Below are positions 44,201-54,210 of a stretch of DNA of 64,000 bases, one piece after another. The position numbers and the translations under genes are program-made. Position 1 is the first letter of the stretch. Each line of letters starts with the position of its first letter. The DNA is from TPA_inf: Saccharomyces (Eukaryota), in assembly GCA_000146045.2 (NCBI GenBank), contig BK006945.2:1-64000 (forward strand), read 5' to 3'. Under the pieces are notes generated by a model, which saw only the letters and a list, made by a program, of their open reading frames with translations, did not search any database and was not told the origin of the DNA.

Positions 44201-46265
44201 GATCTATGGTCAGTTGATCGTATTTCTTTGTATCATTTTCATTTAAGAAATCCTGAACTCTATCTAACGAGACCTTTGATTGAACGACAAAACTTAACAT
44301 ATCAGACAAACGATCCAAAGGATCTCTTAATAACGTGAATAAAGAAAGTGCAGTAAAGGCAACCGGAGTGGTTAATACCTCGCCTTGAACGTAAATGTAG
44401 TAAGCAAATGAGGCGGCTGTTACAATAGTTGGGGTAACAAACCAAAGAAAGGAACTGATAGACCAAACAATGGATCTCATTAGCAGTAGAGATAATTCAT
44501 TTTCTCTAATAGTATTGATATCTTTTTCAAAATTCTCCTCCCATGAAAAGTATTTGATGATTCTGATAGCTTGAAAAGCTTCATTCAACTTTTGAATACG
44601 ATTATCTGTGACAGCCAAGTTTTTCTTTTGCAAATCGCCGATGTACTTGGCAAGCTTATAATTCAGTGGAAGCATTGCGACAATGATTAAGACACCCACA
44701 ATCGCAGCAAAACCCAGCAGACGGTATAACAGCGCCAGTGCGACAACAGTCATAACAAAAGCCTCCAAAAATGAATGAAGGTAACCACAAATTTCAGAAA
44801 CCTTGAAAGCGTCAATAGCCATGAGATTAATAATCGCTCCAAGGTTGGCAGAAGAAGTGGACTCCTCATCGCCGTTGATACTTTTTTGATCATTAATTTC
44901 CTGTGGATCCTCATTAGAAGGTTTAGTCTTGTTGGTGGAAATCTTTCTTCTCAAAGCTTTAGTATAAATCTCAGAGATTATAATACTTTTCATTCTGATA
45001 CAAACTCTCCTTCCAAAGAATAGTGCCTGTGCTTGACAAATAGCCACTAATATCCTACCTACAAACATGACAGTGACGTAAAACCAAGCTAAATTTGAGG
45101 GAGCAGATGACTGATCTTCAACATATTCCAGGATCCTTTTTAGTAAAACTGTTGGAATAAAAGAAAGGACGCTGCCTAAAAATGCCCAAAAGCATTGTAG
45201 TACCAAATAATTCGAAAAGAAAAAGAAAAGGTTTAGTGAAAAAATACGCTTCCTTTTAACCTTATGGTCAACAAAATATCTGAATTTTTTCACTACAAAG
45301 AAAGAATAATCTTGCATCATCAATCCCCAAATATCCTTAACTTTGATACTAACTTTGTGTGCTTTCCAAACAAAACTGTCTAACCAAGCCCAGCATATGA
45401 ATCCAGCAATAGAAGTGACTGGTTCTGGAGATGGAGTAATCCAGCTGTCAGTTTTATAGATGATGGCAAAATTATTTCTTATCCTCGCAAAAAAGAGTAG
45501 CAAGAAAAGGGCAAGGTTAATCGATATTTGTGAAATGTAATACTTTCTCGAAATAGGACTGTTTATATGGTGAATGAAAATGGAACGAAAGGGTAAAATC
45601 ATAGAGATAAACAAGGCCAAATAGTTTATGAACGATACCGACCATAGATTTCCGGGATATTTGTTTATGAATTTGAAATTTTGGTTGACATTTGCTAAAC
45701 GTAAAGAGACAATGATAAACAATGCACACCATTCTACCAAACCAGTAATCGTACCTTGTTGGGTGAACTCTGGGTTTTTATTGACATAGTGTAATAGTAT
45801 AAAAGAATGTATTATAACTTGAGAAAGTACCAAAAAAAATTCAAGGATAATTCTTGATTTTTCAATGAAGCCTCTTCTAACTATTTCAGGTGTACCATGA
45901 GGTTCTCCATTTACCTTAACTGATTTCAGCTTTTCCAGAGAAAAGTGTCTATTTTTTAGTGCGTCTTTTGTACAATTATTGTCCACGTAATTAGTTGTGA
46001 TGGTGTTATTATTTATCAACGGACTCTGTTCGTCTTCGTCGGTAGATGAGTATAAAAGTTCATCAATTGGATTTTTTTGCTTCAAGTGTAGAACGTCATA
46101 GTAGTAATAATGTTTCCATATGTTATAAGTTATGAACAACACCGTGAATATTAAAAGCACTAAGGGAGTATAATAATTAAGGTACTTTGTTCTGCCGTAC
46201 TGAGTTACGTCATCGTAAAACCAAAACCGATGGTCAGGTCTCGTTGAATTGAGTACGTGATGCAT
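41280..46265 (-). CDS. YBT1: Vacuolar ABC transporter, ABCC/MRP family (1661 aa). Two NBDs with Walker A motifs (GPTGSGKTS, GRTGAGKST) and an LSGGQ signature.
   Basis: ABCC-type domain order and motifs in the translation. Start set at the ATG at 46263..46265. Confidence 0.85.
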   Translation of the reverse strand: MHHVLNSTRPDHRFWFYDDVTQYGRTKYLNYYTPLVLLIFTVLFITYNIWKHYYYYDVLHLKQKNPIDELLYSSTDEDEQSPLINNNTITTNYVDNNCTKDALKNRHFSLEKLKSVKVNGEPHGTPEIVRRGFIEKSRIILEFFLVLSQVIIHSFILLHYVNKNPEFTQQGTITGLVEWCALFIIVSLRLANVNQNFKFINKYPGNLWSVSFINYLALFISMILPFRSIFIHHINSPISRKYYISQISINLALFLLLFFARIRNNFAIIYKTDSWITPSPEPVTSIAGFICWAWLDSFVWKAHKVSIKVKDIWGLMMQDYSFFVVKKFRYFVDHKVKRKRIFSLNLFFFFSNYLVLQCFWAFLGSVLSFIPTVLLKRILEYVEDQSSAPSNLAWFYVTVMFVGRILVAICQAQALFFGRRVCIRMKSIIISEIYTKALRRKISTNKTKPSNEDPQEINDQKSINGDEESTSSANLGAIINLMAIDAFKVSEICGYLHSFLEAFVMTVVALALLYRLLGFAAIVGVLIIVAMLPLNYKLAKYIGDLQKKNLAVTDNRIQKLNEAFQAIRIIKYFSWEENFEKDINTIRENELSLLLMRSIVWSISSFLWFVTPTIVTAASFAYYIYVQGEVLTTPVAFTALSLFTLLRDPLDRLSDMLSFVVQSKVSLDRVQDFLNENDTKKYDQLTIDPNGNRFAFENSTISWDKDNQDFKLKDLNIEFKTGKLNVVIGPTGSGKTSLLMALLGEMYLLNGKVVVPALEPRQELIVDANGTTNSIAYCSQAAWLLNDTVKNNILFNSPFNEARYKAVVEACGLKRDFEILKAGDLTEIGEKGITLSGGQKQRVSLARALYSNARHVLLDDCLSAVDSHTASWIYDNCITGPLMEDRTCILVSHNIALTLRNAELVVLLEDGRVKDQGDPIDMLQKGLFGEDELVKSSILSRANSSANLAAKSSTSLSNLPAVKEQQVSVNNNSSHFEAKKLQKSLRTEAERTEDGKLIKEETKEEGVVGLDVYKWYLKIFGGWKIVSFLASLFLIAQLLYIGQSWWVRAWASHNVIAKIIPRAQRAIAFISKKASHLIDWRGSSQISMASAENQPSSGHSTMYYLVLYLIIGFAQALLGAGKTILNFVAGINASRKIFNMILNKVLHSKIRFFDATPTGRIMNRFSKDIEAIDQELTPYIQGAFYSLIECLSTVILITFITPQFLSVAIVVSILYYFVGYFYMAGSRELKRFESISRSPIYQHFSETLVGVTTIRAFGDEGRFMQENLHKIDENNKPFFYLWVANRWLAFRIDMIGSLVIFGAGLFILFNINNLDSGMAGISLTYAISFTEGALWLVRLYSEVEMNMNSVERVKEYMEIEQEPYNEHKEIPPPQWPQDGKIEVNDLSLRYAPNLPRVIKNVSFSVDAQSKIGIVGRTGAGKSTIITALFRFLEPETGHIKIDNIDISGVDLQRLRRSITIIPQDPTLFSGTIKTNLDPYDEFSDRQIFEALKRVNLISEEQLQQGATRETSNEASSTNSENVNKFLDLSSEISEGGSNLSQGQRQLMCLARSLLRSPKIILLDEATASIDYSSDAKIQETIRKEFQGSTILTIAHRLRSVIDYDKILVMDAGEVKEYDHPYSLLLNKQSAFYSMCEHSGELDILIELAKKAFVEKLNSKKD

Positions 46266-46713
46266 GTTCTCCGTAGCTTTTCCCCCCTTGATGAGCTCTT
46301 CTAAAAAGTACAAAATCTAGGAAAGTATAATGTTTCTTAAATGCGATGAAATGAAGTGAAAAGAAAAAGCGACTGGCAACTATAAAGAAACAATGCCGGT
46401 TTTTCGCACTTAATTGTTTTCAAAAGATCACTTGTTTATATTAGCTGCTAAATTGTTTATTCTATTTAAAACGTGTAGTAAGGAAAAGGCCTGCTCTGTA
46501 GTTAATATATTCTTATCTGAAAATTTTATATACTTCATTAGTCACAACGTACGTTCTTTGCAGATGCGCACACAAAAAAAAAAGGGCACCAAAATAAAGG
46601 AGGATGCGAAGGTATGACACATTTTCTGGATACCTTTACTGGCTAACTATTGGTTGTGATATTTTGCAGAGATGATGAGAAGTCAAAGCAAGTATACTAG
46701 CTATTTTTTTTTT

Positions 46714-47463
46714 TTAATTTTGTTTTATTTTTGTATTATCTCCTCCTTCTTGTTTCTGTTCATTTTTCTTGGCAGAGGCTATCTTAACCAACAATACTCT
46801 ACCATTACTTGCCTTCCGACCTTTAAATTCTCGACATTTCTTTTGAATACTATCTCCAGTCCCCAGGTTGTCAAACTTGATGAAGGCTTCGCCGGTGTGA
46901 AACTCGTCGGAAAAGAAAACTTTGTTTGTTCTCAAATCCACCAATTCTCTTCTTACAAAGTTTATATTTTTAGGGTCAACACCAAAGATTTTGGCAAGGT
47001 CTTCATTTGTCGATTTCATGGGAATGTTTTTCACATAGAGAGTATTTGTGGATAGTGGCTTGAGATCAGGAGCAGTTTTCTTGTTTGATTTCTGGTTTTT
47101 TTCAAAACTTTTTTCCTCTTTTGTTAAGATGTTTTCAATAACAATTTTTTCATTCATAAAAATTTTACCGTTCATCTTCTCTTTCACTTTTTTCAGATTC
47201 ACACCCTCTTGAAATTCTATAAATGCAAACCTTTTCAGCGGTTTCTTGAGTGGCTTTTTCTTTAGCATATTTATTGTTATCTTACCATAATTTGGCTCAA
47301 ACAAATCTCTCAAGTCCTGTTTACGGCAGTTTTTAGGAAGATTGCCGACATATAATGTCCTCCTATCATTTAGTACTCTTTTTTTTATTTTTGTATTTTC
47401 AGGAACAACTGTTGTTGTTTTTTTTCCGTTGACGTTATAAAACTCTATCTCCTCTATTAGCAT
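46714..47463 (-). CDS. RNP1: RRM-containing putative RNA-binding protein (249 aa)
   Basis: RNP-1 motif context (TLYVGNLP..., KRFAFIEF). Position matches YLL046C. Confidence 0.7.
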   Translation of the reverse strand: MLIEEIEFYNVNGKKTTTVVPENTKIKKRVLNDRRTLYVGNLPKNCRKQDLRDLFEPNYGKITINMLKKKPLKKPLKRFAFIEFQEGVNLKKVKEKMNGKIFMNEKIVIENILTKEEKSFEKNQKSNKKTAPDLKPLSTNTLYVKNIPMKSTNEDLAKIFGVDPKNINFVRRELVDLRTNKVFFSDEFHTGEAFIKFDNLGTGDSIQKKCREFKGRKASNGRVLLVKIASAKKNEQKQEGGDNTKIKQN

Positions 47464-47858
47464 TGCCTATTCTTTTCTTAAAAGTTTCTTTCTTCTTAAT
47501 TTTTTCAAGATTACTTGGGAAGATGCCCTATTTCCATTGATTTGAACGTATGTATGAATGAAAAGGAAGTGAGAAGGAACAAGAGAAAAGAACAAAAGAG
47601 TTTTTAGTTTTTATATTTGCTTACAGGAACTTCGGCGGCTATTTGTTGTATCGTCGACAGTGACGCTGATTCTTTCAAATATAAATAGCTGCCCCAATTA
47701 GTTTTGCTTGGCAAAACCCGACATTGATGAACTAGTGCCGCGCTTAAAAGTATAATGTTGCTCTATTATTTTTCAAAAATTCATACAAAAGAAAACGGGA
47801 ATTAAGTAAGTATACAAAATATAATTATATTACGATGTTCGAAATTCTATATATGAAT

Positions 47859-48629
47859 TTAAGCGGAGTCGGAAGTCTTAGCTCTCTTGTCCATCTTAGC
47901 TTGAGCCTTGTTACCAAGGATACCACCGCCCCAGTGCTTCTTGACTTCATCGTATTTGTCAGCGAAGTTAGCGTCAATGGTGGAAACCAACTTAGCCAAA
48001 GCAGCTTCGTCTTCGGCTCTGACTTCGGTCAAAGCGGCAACAGCAGAAGTCTTTTGGTTAACCAAAGTACCCAATCTAGCCTTACCCTTGATAATGGCGT
48101 ATGGAACACCCATCTTCTTACACAAAGCTGGTAGGAAAACAACCAATTCAATTGGGTCGACGTCGTTAGCAATCAAAACCAACTTGGCCTTCTTGTTTTC
48201 AATCAAAGAGACAACATGGTTCAAACCGTACTTAACAGCGTATGGCTTTGGAGAAGCGTCTTGCTTAGACTTACCTTCAGCGATAGCGGCAGCTTCCTTG
48301 GTCAATCTTTCCTTCTTTTCAGCAGCGGTTTCTGGTCTGTACTTGTTGAACAACTTGAAGGTTTCAGCAGCGGTGTTTCTGTCCAAAGTGTATTGGAATT
48401 GAGCAATGGTTGGAGGAACCTTCAATCTGATGGACAAGATCTTCTTTTGTCTTTGCAATCTGACATATTCTGGCCATTTGACGTATCTGGACAAGTTTCT
48501 CTTTGGTTGGACAGCTTGGCCAATACCGAAGTTCTTTGGAGTAGAGTGAGTCAATGGGTTCTTAGCCTTGTTAGACTTAGTGGACTTAGCACCGAATGGA
48601 GCTGGAGCAACTTTCTTACCTGGAGCCAT
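47859..48629 (-). CDS. RPL8B: Ribosomal protein L8 (L7Ae/L30e family; eL8/L7A), 256 aa
   Basis: Translation [27 protein letters not shown]... is unmistakably RPL8. ATG at 48627..48629. Confidence 0.9.
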   Translation of the reverse strand: MAPGKKVAPAPFGAKSTKSNKAKNPLTHSTPKNFGIGQAVQPKRNLSRYVKWPEYVRLQRQKKILSIRLKVPPTIAQFQYTLDRNTAAETFKLFNKYRPETAAEKKERLTKEAAAIAEGKSKQDASPKPYAVKYGLNHVVSLIENKKAKLVLIANDVDPIELVVFLPALCKKMGVPYAIIKGKARLGTLVNQKTSAVAALTEVRAEDEAALAKLVSTIDANFADKYDEVKKHWGGGILGNKAQAKMDKRAKTSDSA

Positions 48630-48855
48630 CTTTTCTTTCAGTTATCGTGTTCACTGTATTGAAAAACAGATATAAAAAAAAAAAATAGTGAATTTCAACG
48701 TGCGCATCACAATACTTATGTCTTGATAATAATATCGATCCCATACTATTGTCCCTGGATTTTGAGATGGGAAAAGTTTCAATGCGTTCTATCGTATAGT
48801 ATGATGTATTCAAAAAAAATGCGATAATTCTTTAGTTGTCGGCACTTCGGAAGCC

Positions 48856-48894
48856 AAAAAAAAAAAAAAAAAAAAAAAAGAAAAAAAGAAAAGG
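48856..48894. promoter_or_regulatory. Poly(dA:dT) tract (A24 then GA7GA4G), about 230 bp upstream of the RPL8B ATG
   Basis: 'aaaaaaaaaaaaaaaaaaaaaaaagaaaaaaagaaaag'. This is a typical nucleosome-excluding element of RP-gene promoters. Confidence 0.5.
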
Positions 48895-49937
48895 GTGTCT
48901 AAGATGTACGGATCTTCATTGGGATGGAAAACAGGCAAGTAAAAAGAATAGTAATTATTACAATGGAGAAGATAAGATAAAGTTAGCGGCAACAAATAAA
49001 GAACTCATCAGAGTTCTTGGCTTCTCTATGAGTGAAAGTGTTTCAAAGGTGTTTTTTTATGAGACAACAGTAATTCCCCTCCTTCAGAACAGAGTGTAGT
49101 GATTGGCAGTGAAGCTATCCCTCTTTGCCACCCAATTTTGACGGCAGTTCTCATAGCATCTCAAAGCAATAGCAGTGCAAAAGTACATAACCGTAGGAAG
49201 GTACGCGGTAGGTATTTGAGTTCGTTGGTGGTTATCCTCCGCAAGGCGCTTCGGCGGTTATTTGTTGATAGTCGAAGAACACCAAAAAAAATGCTGTTAT
49301 TGCTTTCTCCGTAAACAATAAAACCCGGTAGCGGGATAACGCGGCTGATGCTTTTATTTAGGAAGGAATACTTACATTATCATGAGAACATTGTCAAGGG
49401 CATTCTGATACGGGCCTTCCATCGCAAGAAAAAGGCAGCAACGGACTGAGGGACGGAGAGAGTTACGGCATAAGAAGTAGTAGGAGAGCAGAGTGTCATA
49501 AAGTTATATTATTCTCGTCCTAAAGTCAATTAGTTCTGTTGCGCTTGACAATATATGTCGTGTAATACCGTCCCTTAGCAGAAGAAAGAAAGACGGATCC
49601 ATATATGTTAAAATGCTTCAGAGATGTTTCTTTAATGTGCCGTCCAACAAAGGTATCTTCTGTAGCTTCCTCTATTTTCGATCAGATCTCATAGTGAGAA
49701 GGCGCAATTCAGTAGTTAAAAGCGGGGAACAGTGTGAATCCGGAGACGGCAAGATTGCCCGGCCCTTTTTGCGGAAAAGATAAAACAAGATATATTGCAC
49801 TTTTTCCACCAAGAAAAACAGGAAGTGGATTAAAAAATCAACAAAGTATAACGCCTATTGTCCCAATAAGCGTCGGTTGTTCTTCTTTATTATTTTACCA
49901 AGTACGCTCGAGGGTACATTCTAATGCATTAAAAGAC

Positions 49938-51947
49938 ATGAGTAATCCTCAAAAAGCTCTAAACGACTTTCTGTCCAGTGAATCTGTTCATACACATGAT
50001 AGTTCTAGGAAACAATCTAATAAGCAGTCATCCGACGAAGGACGCTCTTCATCACAACCTTCACATCATCACTCTGGTGGTACTAACAACAATAATAACA
50101 ATAATAATAATAATAATAACAGTAACAACAACAACAACGGCAACGATGGGGGAAATGATGACGACTATGATTATGAAATGCAAGATTATAGACCTTCTCC
50201 GCAAAGTGCGCGGCCTACTCCCACGTATGTTCCACAATATTCTGTAGAAAGTGGGACTGCTTTCCCGATTCAAGAGGTTATTCCTAGCGCATACATTAAC
50301 ACACAAGATATAAACCATAAAGATAACGGTCCGCCGAGTGCAAGCAGTAATAGAGCATTCAGGCCTAGAGGGCAGACCACAGTGTCGGCCAACGTGCTTA
50401 ACATTGAAGATTTTTACAAAAATGCAGACGATGCGCATACCATCCCGGAGTCACATTTATCGAGAAGGAGAAGTAGGTCGAGGGCTACGAGTAATGCTGG
50501 GCACAGTGCCAATACAGGCGCCACGAATGGCAGGACTACTGGTGCCCAAACTAATATGGAAAGCAATGAATCACCACGTAACGTCCCCATTATGGTGAAG
50601 CCAAAGACATTATACCAGAACCCTCAAACACCTACAGTCTTGCCCTCCACATACCATCCAATTAATAAATGGTCTTCCGTCAAAAACACTTATTTGAAGG
50701 AATTTTTAGCCGAGTTTATGGGAACAATGGTTATGATTATTTTCGGTAGTGCTGTTGTTTGTCAGGTCAATGTTGCTGGGAAAATACAGCAGGACAATTT
50801 CAACGTGGCTTTGGATAACCTTAACGTTACCGGGTCTTCTGCAGAAACGATAGACGCTATGAAGAGTTTAACATCCTTGGTTTCATCCGTTGCGGGCGGT
50901 ACCTTTGATGATGTGGCATTGGGCTGGGCTGCTGCCGTGGTGATGGGCTATTTCTGCGCTGGTGGTAGTGCCATCTCAGGTGCTCATTTGAATCCGTCTA
51001 TTACATTAGCCAATTTGGTGTATAGAGGTTTTCCCCTGAAGAAAGTTCCTTATTACTTTGCTGGACAATTGATCGGTGCCTTCACAGGCGCTTTGATCTT
51101 GTTTATTTGGTACAAAAGGGTGTTACAAGAGGCATATAGCGATTGGTGGATGAATGAAAGTGTTGCGGGAATGTTTTGCGTTTTTCCAAAGCCTTATCTA
51201 AGTTCAGGACGGCAATTTTTTTCCGAATTTTTATGTGGAGCTATGTTACAAGCAGGAACATTTGCGCTGACCGATCCTTATACGTGTTTGTCCTCTGATG
51301 TTTTCCCATTGATGATGTTTATTTTGATTTTCATTATCAATGCTTCCATGGCTTATCAGACAGGTACAGCAATGAATTTGGCTCGTGATCTGGGCCCACG
51401 TCTTGCACTATATGCAGTTGGATTTGATCATAAAATGCTTTGGGTGCATCATCATCATTTCTTTTGGGTTCCCATGGTAGGCCCATTTATTGGTGCGTTA
51501 ATGGGGGGGTTGGTTTACGATGTCTGTATTTATCAGGGTCATGAATCTCCAGTCAACTGGTCTTTACCAGTTTATAAGGAAATGATTATGAGAGCCTGGT
51601 TTAGAAGGCCTGGTTGGAAGAAGAGAAATAGAGCAAGAAGAACATCGGACCTGAGTGACTTCTCATACAATAACGATGATGATGAGGAATTTGGAGAAAG
51701 AATGGCTCTTCAAAAGACAAAGACCAAGTCATCTATTTCAGACAACGAAAATGAAGCAGGAGAAAAGAAAGTGCAATTTAAATCTGTTCAGCGCGGCAAA
51801 AGAACGTTTGGTGGTATACCAACAATTCTTGAAGAAGAAGATTCCATTGAAACTGCTTCGCTAGGTGCGACGACGACTGATTCTATTGGGTTATCCGACA
51901 CATCATCAGAAGATTCGCATTATGGTAATGCTAAGAAGGTAACATGA
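49938..51947 (+). CDS. FPS1: Aquaglyceroporin / glycerol export channel (669 aa from ATG at 49938), MIP family, with NPS/NLA variant NPA boxes and long N- and C-terminal extensions
   Basis: Translation MSNPQKALNDFLSSESVHTHDSS... with a poly-Asn tract and a MIP core. The track ORF starts 68 codons upstream. Confidence 0.85.
   Translation: MSNPQKALNDFLSSESVHTHDSSRKQSNKQSSDEGRSSSQPSHHHSGGTNNNNNNNNNNNNSNNNNNGNDGGNDDDYDYEMQDYRPSPQSARPTPTYVPQYSVESGTAFPIQEVIPSAYINTQDINHKDNGPPSASSNRAFRPRGQTTVSANVLNIEDFYKNADDAHTIPESHLSRRRSRSRATSNAGHSANTGATNGRTTGAQTNMESNESPRNVPIMVKPKTLYQNPQTPTVLPSTYHPINKWSSVKNTYLKEFLAEFMGTMVMIIFGSAVVCQVNVAGKIQQDNFNVALDNLNVTGSSAETIDAMKSLTSLVSSVAGGTFDDVALGWAAAVVMGYFCAGGSAISGAHLNPSITLANLVYRGFPLKKVPYYFAGQLIGAFTGALILFIWYKRVLQEAYSDWWMNESVAGMFCVFPKPYLSSGRQFFSEFLCGAMLQAGTFALTDPYTCLSSDVFPLMMFILIFIINASMAYQTGTAMNLARDLGPRLALYAVGFDHKMLWVHHHHFFWVPMVGPFIGALMGGLVYDVCIYQGHESPVNWSLPVYKEMIMRAWFRRPGWKKRNRARRTSDLSDFSYNNDDDEEFGERMALQKTKTKSSISDNENEAGEKKVQFKSVQRGKRTFGGIPTILEEEDSIETASLGATTTDSIGLSDTSSEDSHYGNAKKVT
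50085..50138 (+). repeat. Poly-asparagine-coding (AAT/AAC)n tract in the FPS1 N-terminal extension. It gives N13 S N5 in the protein.
   Basis: 'aacaacaataataacaataataataataataataacagtaacaacaacaacaac', in frame with FPS1. Confidence 0.9.
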
Positions 51948-52086
51948 GAAAACAGACAAGAAAAAGAAACAAATAATATAGACTGATAGAAAAAAATACT
52001 GCTTACTACCGCCGGTATAATATATATATATATATATATTTACATAGATGATTGCATAGTGTTTTAAAAAGCTTTCCTAGGTTAAG

Positions 52087-52590
52087 CTATGAATCTTCAT
52101 AACCTAACCAACTAAATATGAAAATACTGACCCATCGTCTTAAGTAAGTTGACATGAACTCAGCCTGGTCACCTACTATACATGATGTATCGCATGGATG
52201 GAAAGAATACCAAACGCTACCTTCCAGGTTAATGATAGTATCCAAACCTAGTTGGAATTTGCCTTGAACATCAAGCAGCGATTCGATATCAGTTGGGAGC
52301 ATCAATTTGGTCATTGGAATACCATCTATGCTTTTCTCCTCCCATATTCGCAAAAGTAGTAAGGGCTCGTTATATACTTTTGAATATGTAAGATATAATT
52401 CTATATGATTTAGTAATTTATTTTCTATACGCTCAGTATTTTTCTGCAGTTGTCGAGTAGGTATTAAACGCAAAAGAAGTCCATCCTTTTCATCATTCAA
52501 ATGGACATCTTGGCAAAGGGCCCAGTTATGGAAAATCTGGGAGTCATACAACGATTGCAGTTGGCTATGCCACTCCTGGTAAGGAATCAT
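52087..52590 (-). CDS. ATG10: Autophagy E2-like conjugating enzyme (167 aa)
   Basis: MIPYQEWHSQLQSLYDSQIFHNW... Catalytic Cys context ...FHPCDT. The track's first codon is not ATG. Confidence 0.75.
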   Translation of the reverse strand: MIPYQEWHSQLQSLYDSQIFHNWALCQDVHLNDEKDGLLLRLIPTRQLQKNTERIENKLLNHIELYLTYSKVYNEPLLLLRIWEEKSIDGIPMTKLMLPTDIESLLDVQGKFQLGLDTIINLEGSVWYSFHPCDTSCIVGDQAEFMSTYLRRWVSIFIFSWLGYEDS

Positions 52591-53130
52591 CAAGTCTGAT
52601 AATTCTGTTTTTTAGCCCTTTTTTTTTTTTTTTCATGGTGTTCTCTTCTCATTGCTTTTCAATTTTAAGTTCGTTACCTTTCATATAGAGTTTCTTAACA
52701 GAAATTTCACAACGAAAATATAATTAACTACAGGCATGTAAATATAAAAACAGTCCTTTAATAATAAACCTTAAGCATTACGCGTGTATTAATATAATAA
52801 ATAGTTATAAATTGAATAAATAGGGGAGAGAAGCCAAAAGGCCCTTCAAAAACAAAGATATAAATTCATCCTTAAAAACAACAATACCTGAAGATACTAG
52901 AACACCTTGTCGCCTATGATGGACATATATACAGACCGGGTCATAGCATTGCCAATGATAAATAAATAATAGTCATAGAGAGTAAACATAAACGCCTAAC
53001 GTATAGGAATGTGTGAGAATGGTGAGTTTCGTCCTTGAAAATAATAATAATAATAGTTGGTGCTTTTATTAGTGCCAAAATCATTTGAGAGGCTTCTGAG
53101 TTCTTCGGGGCTAGCTGTTTTTCTGATAGT

Positions 53131-53958
<828 letters not shown>

Positions 53959-54086
53959 TCAAGAAAGTATAGCTCAACTATATTCCTTTCAATCCCTTCC
54001 TTTAGCCTAACATTTTTTGGCATTCTCATAGAAAGTCATTAATCCCCTTATATAAGTTTGCCCTTTTTACACCGGAGCTAATTGGG

Positions 54087-54091
54087 CCAAT
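54087..54091 (+). promoter_or_regulatory. CCAAT box (candidate HAP2/3/4/5 site), about 155 bp upstream of SDH2
   Basis: 'attgggccaatgcgagg' in the SDH2 promoter. SDH2 is a respiratory gene. Confidence 0.3.
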
Positions 54092-54210
54092 GCGAGGCCG
54101 CCTTTTGCGCGCTGCGGATATTTCTAAGGCATGGTCGTGCGGAGCTACAATAATACGATTGAATTATAGCTACATAGTGTACAAAAGCGGGTATATACTT
54201 TCATATGTGA

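Noticed and set aside
47908-48662. ORFs antisense to RPL8B (47908..48402 +, 48216..48662 +) and antisense/overlapping RNP1 (46672..47055 +)
   Set aside because: They are mirror-frame ORFs of highly expressed, codon-biased genes (the dubious YLL044W/YLL047W type). They lack starts in good context and are not conserved as coding.
48892-48911. Rap1 binding sites in the RPL8B promoter
   Set aside because: There are only 8-9/13 matches to ACACCCRYACAYM. That is too weak to call without a PWM score.
50061-50438. 125-aa ORF antisense to the FPS1 poly-Asn region
   Set aside because: The translation is poly-Ile/Val from the complement of AAT/AAC repeats. It is an artefact.
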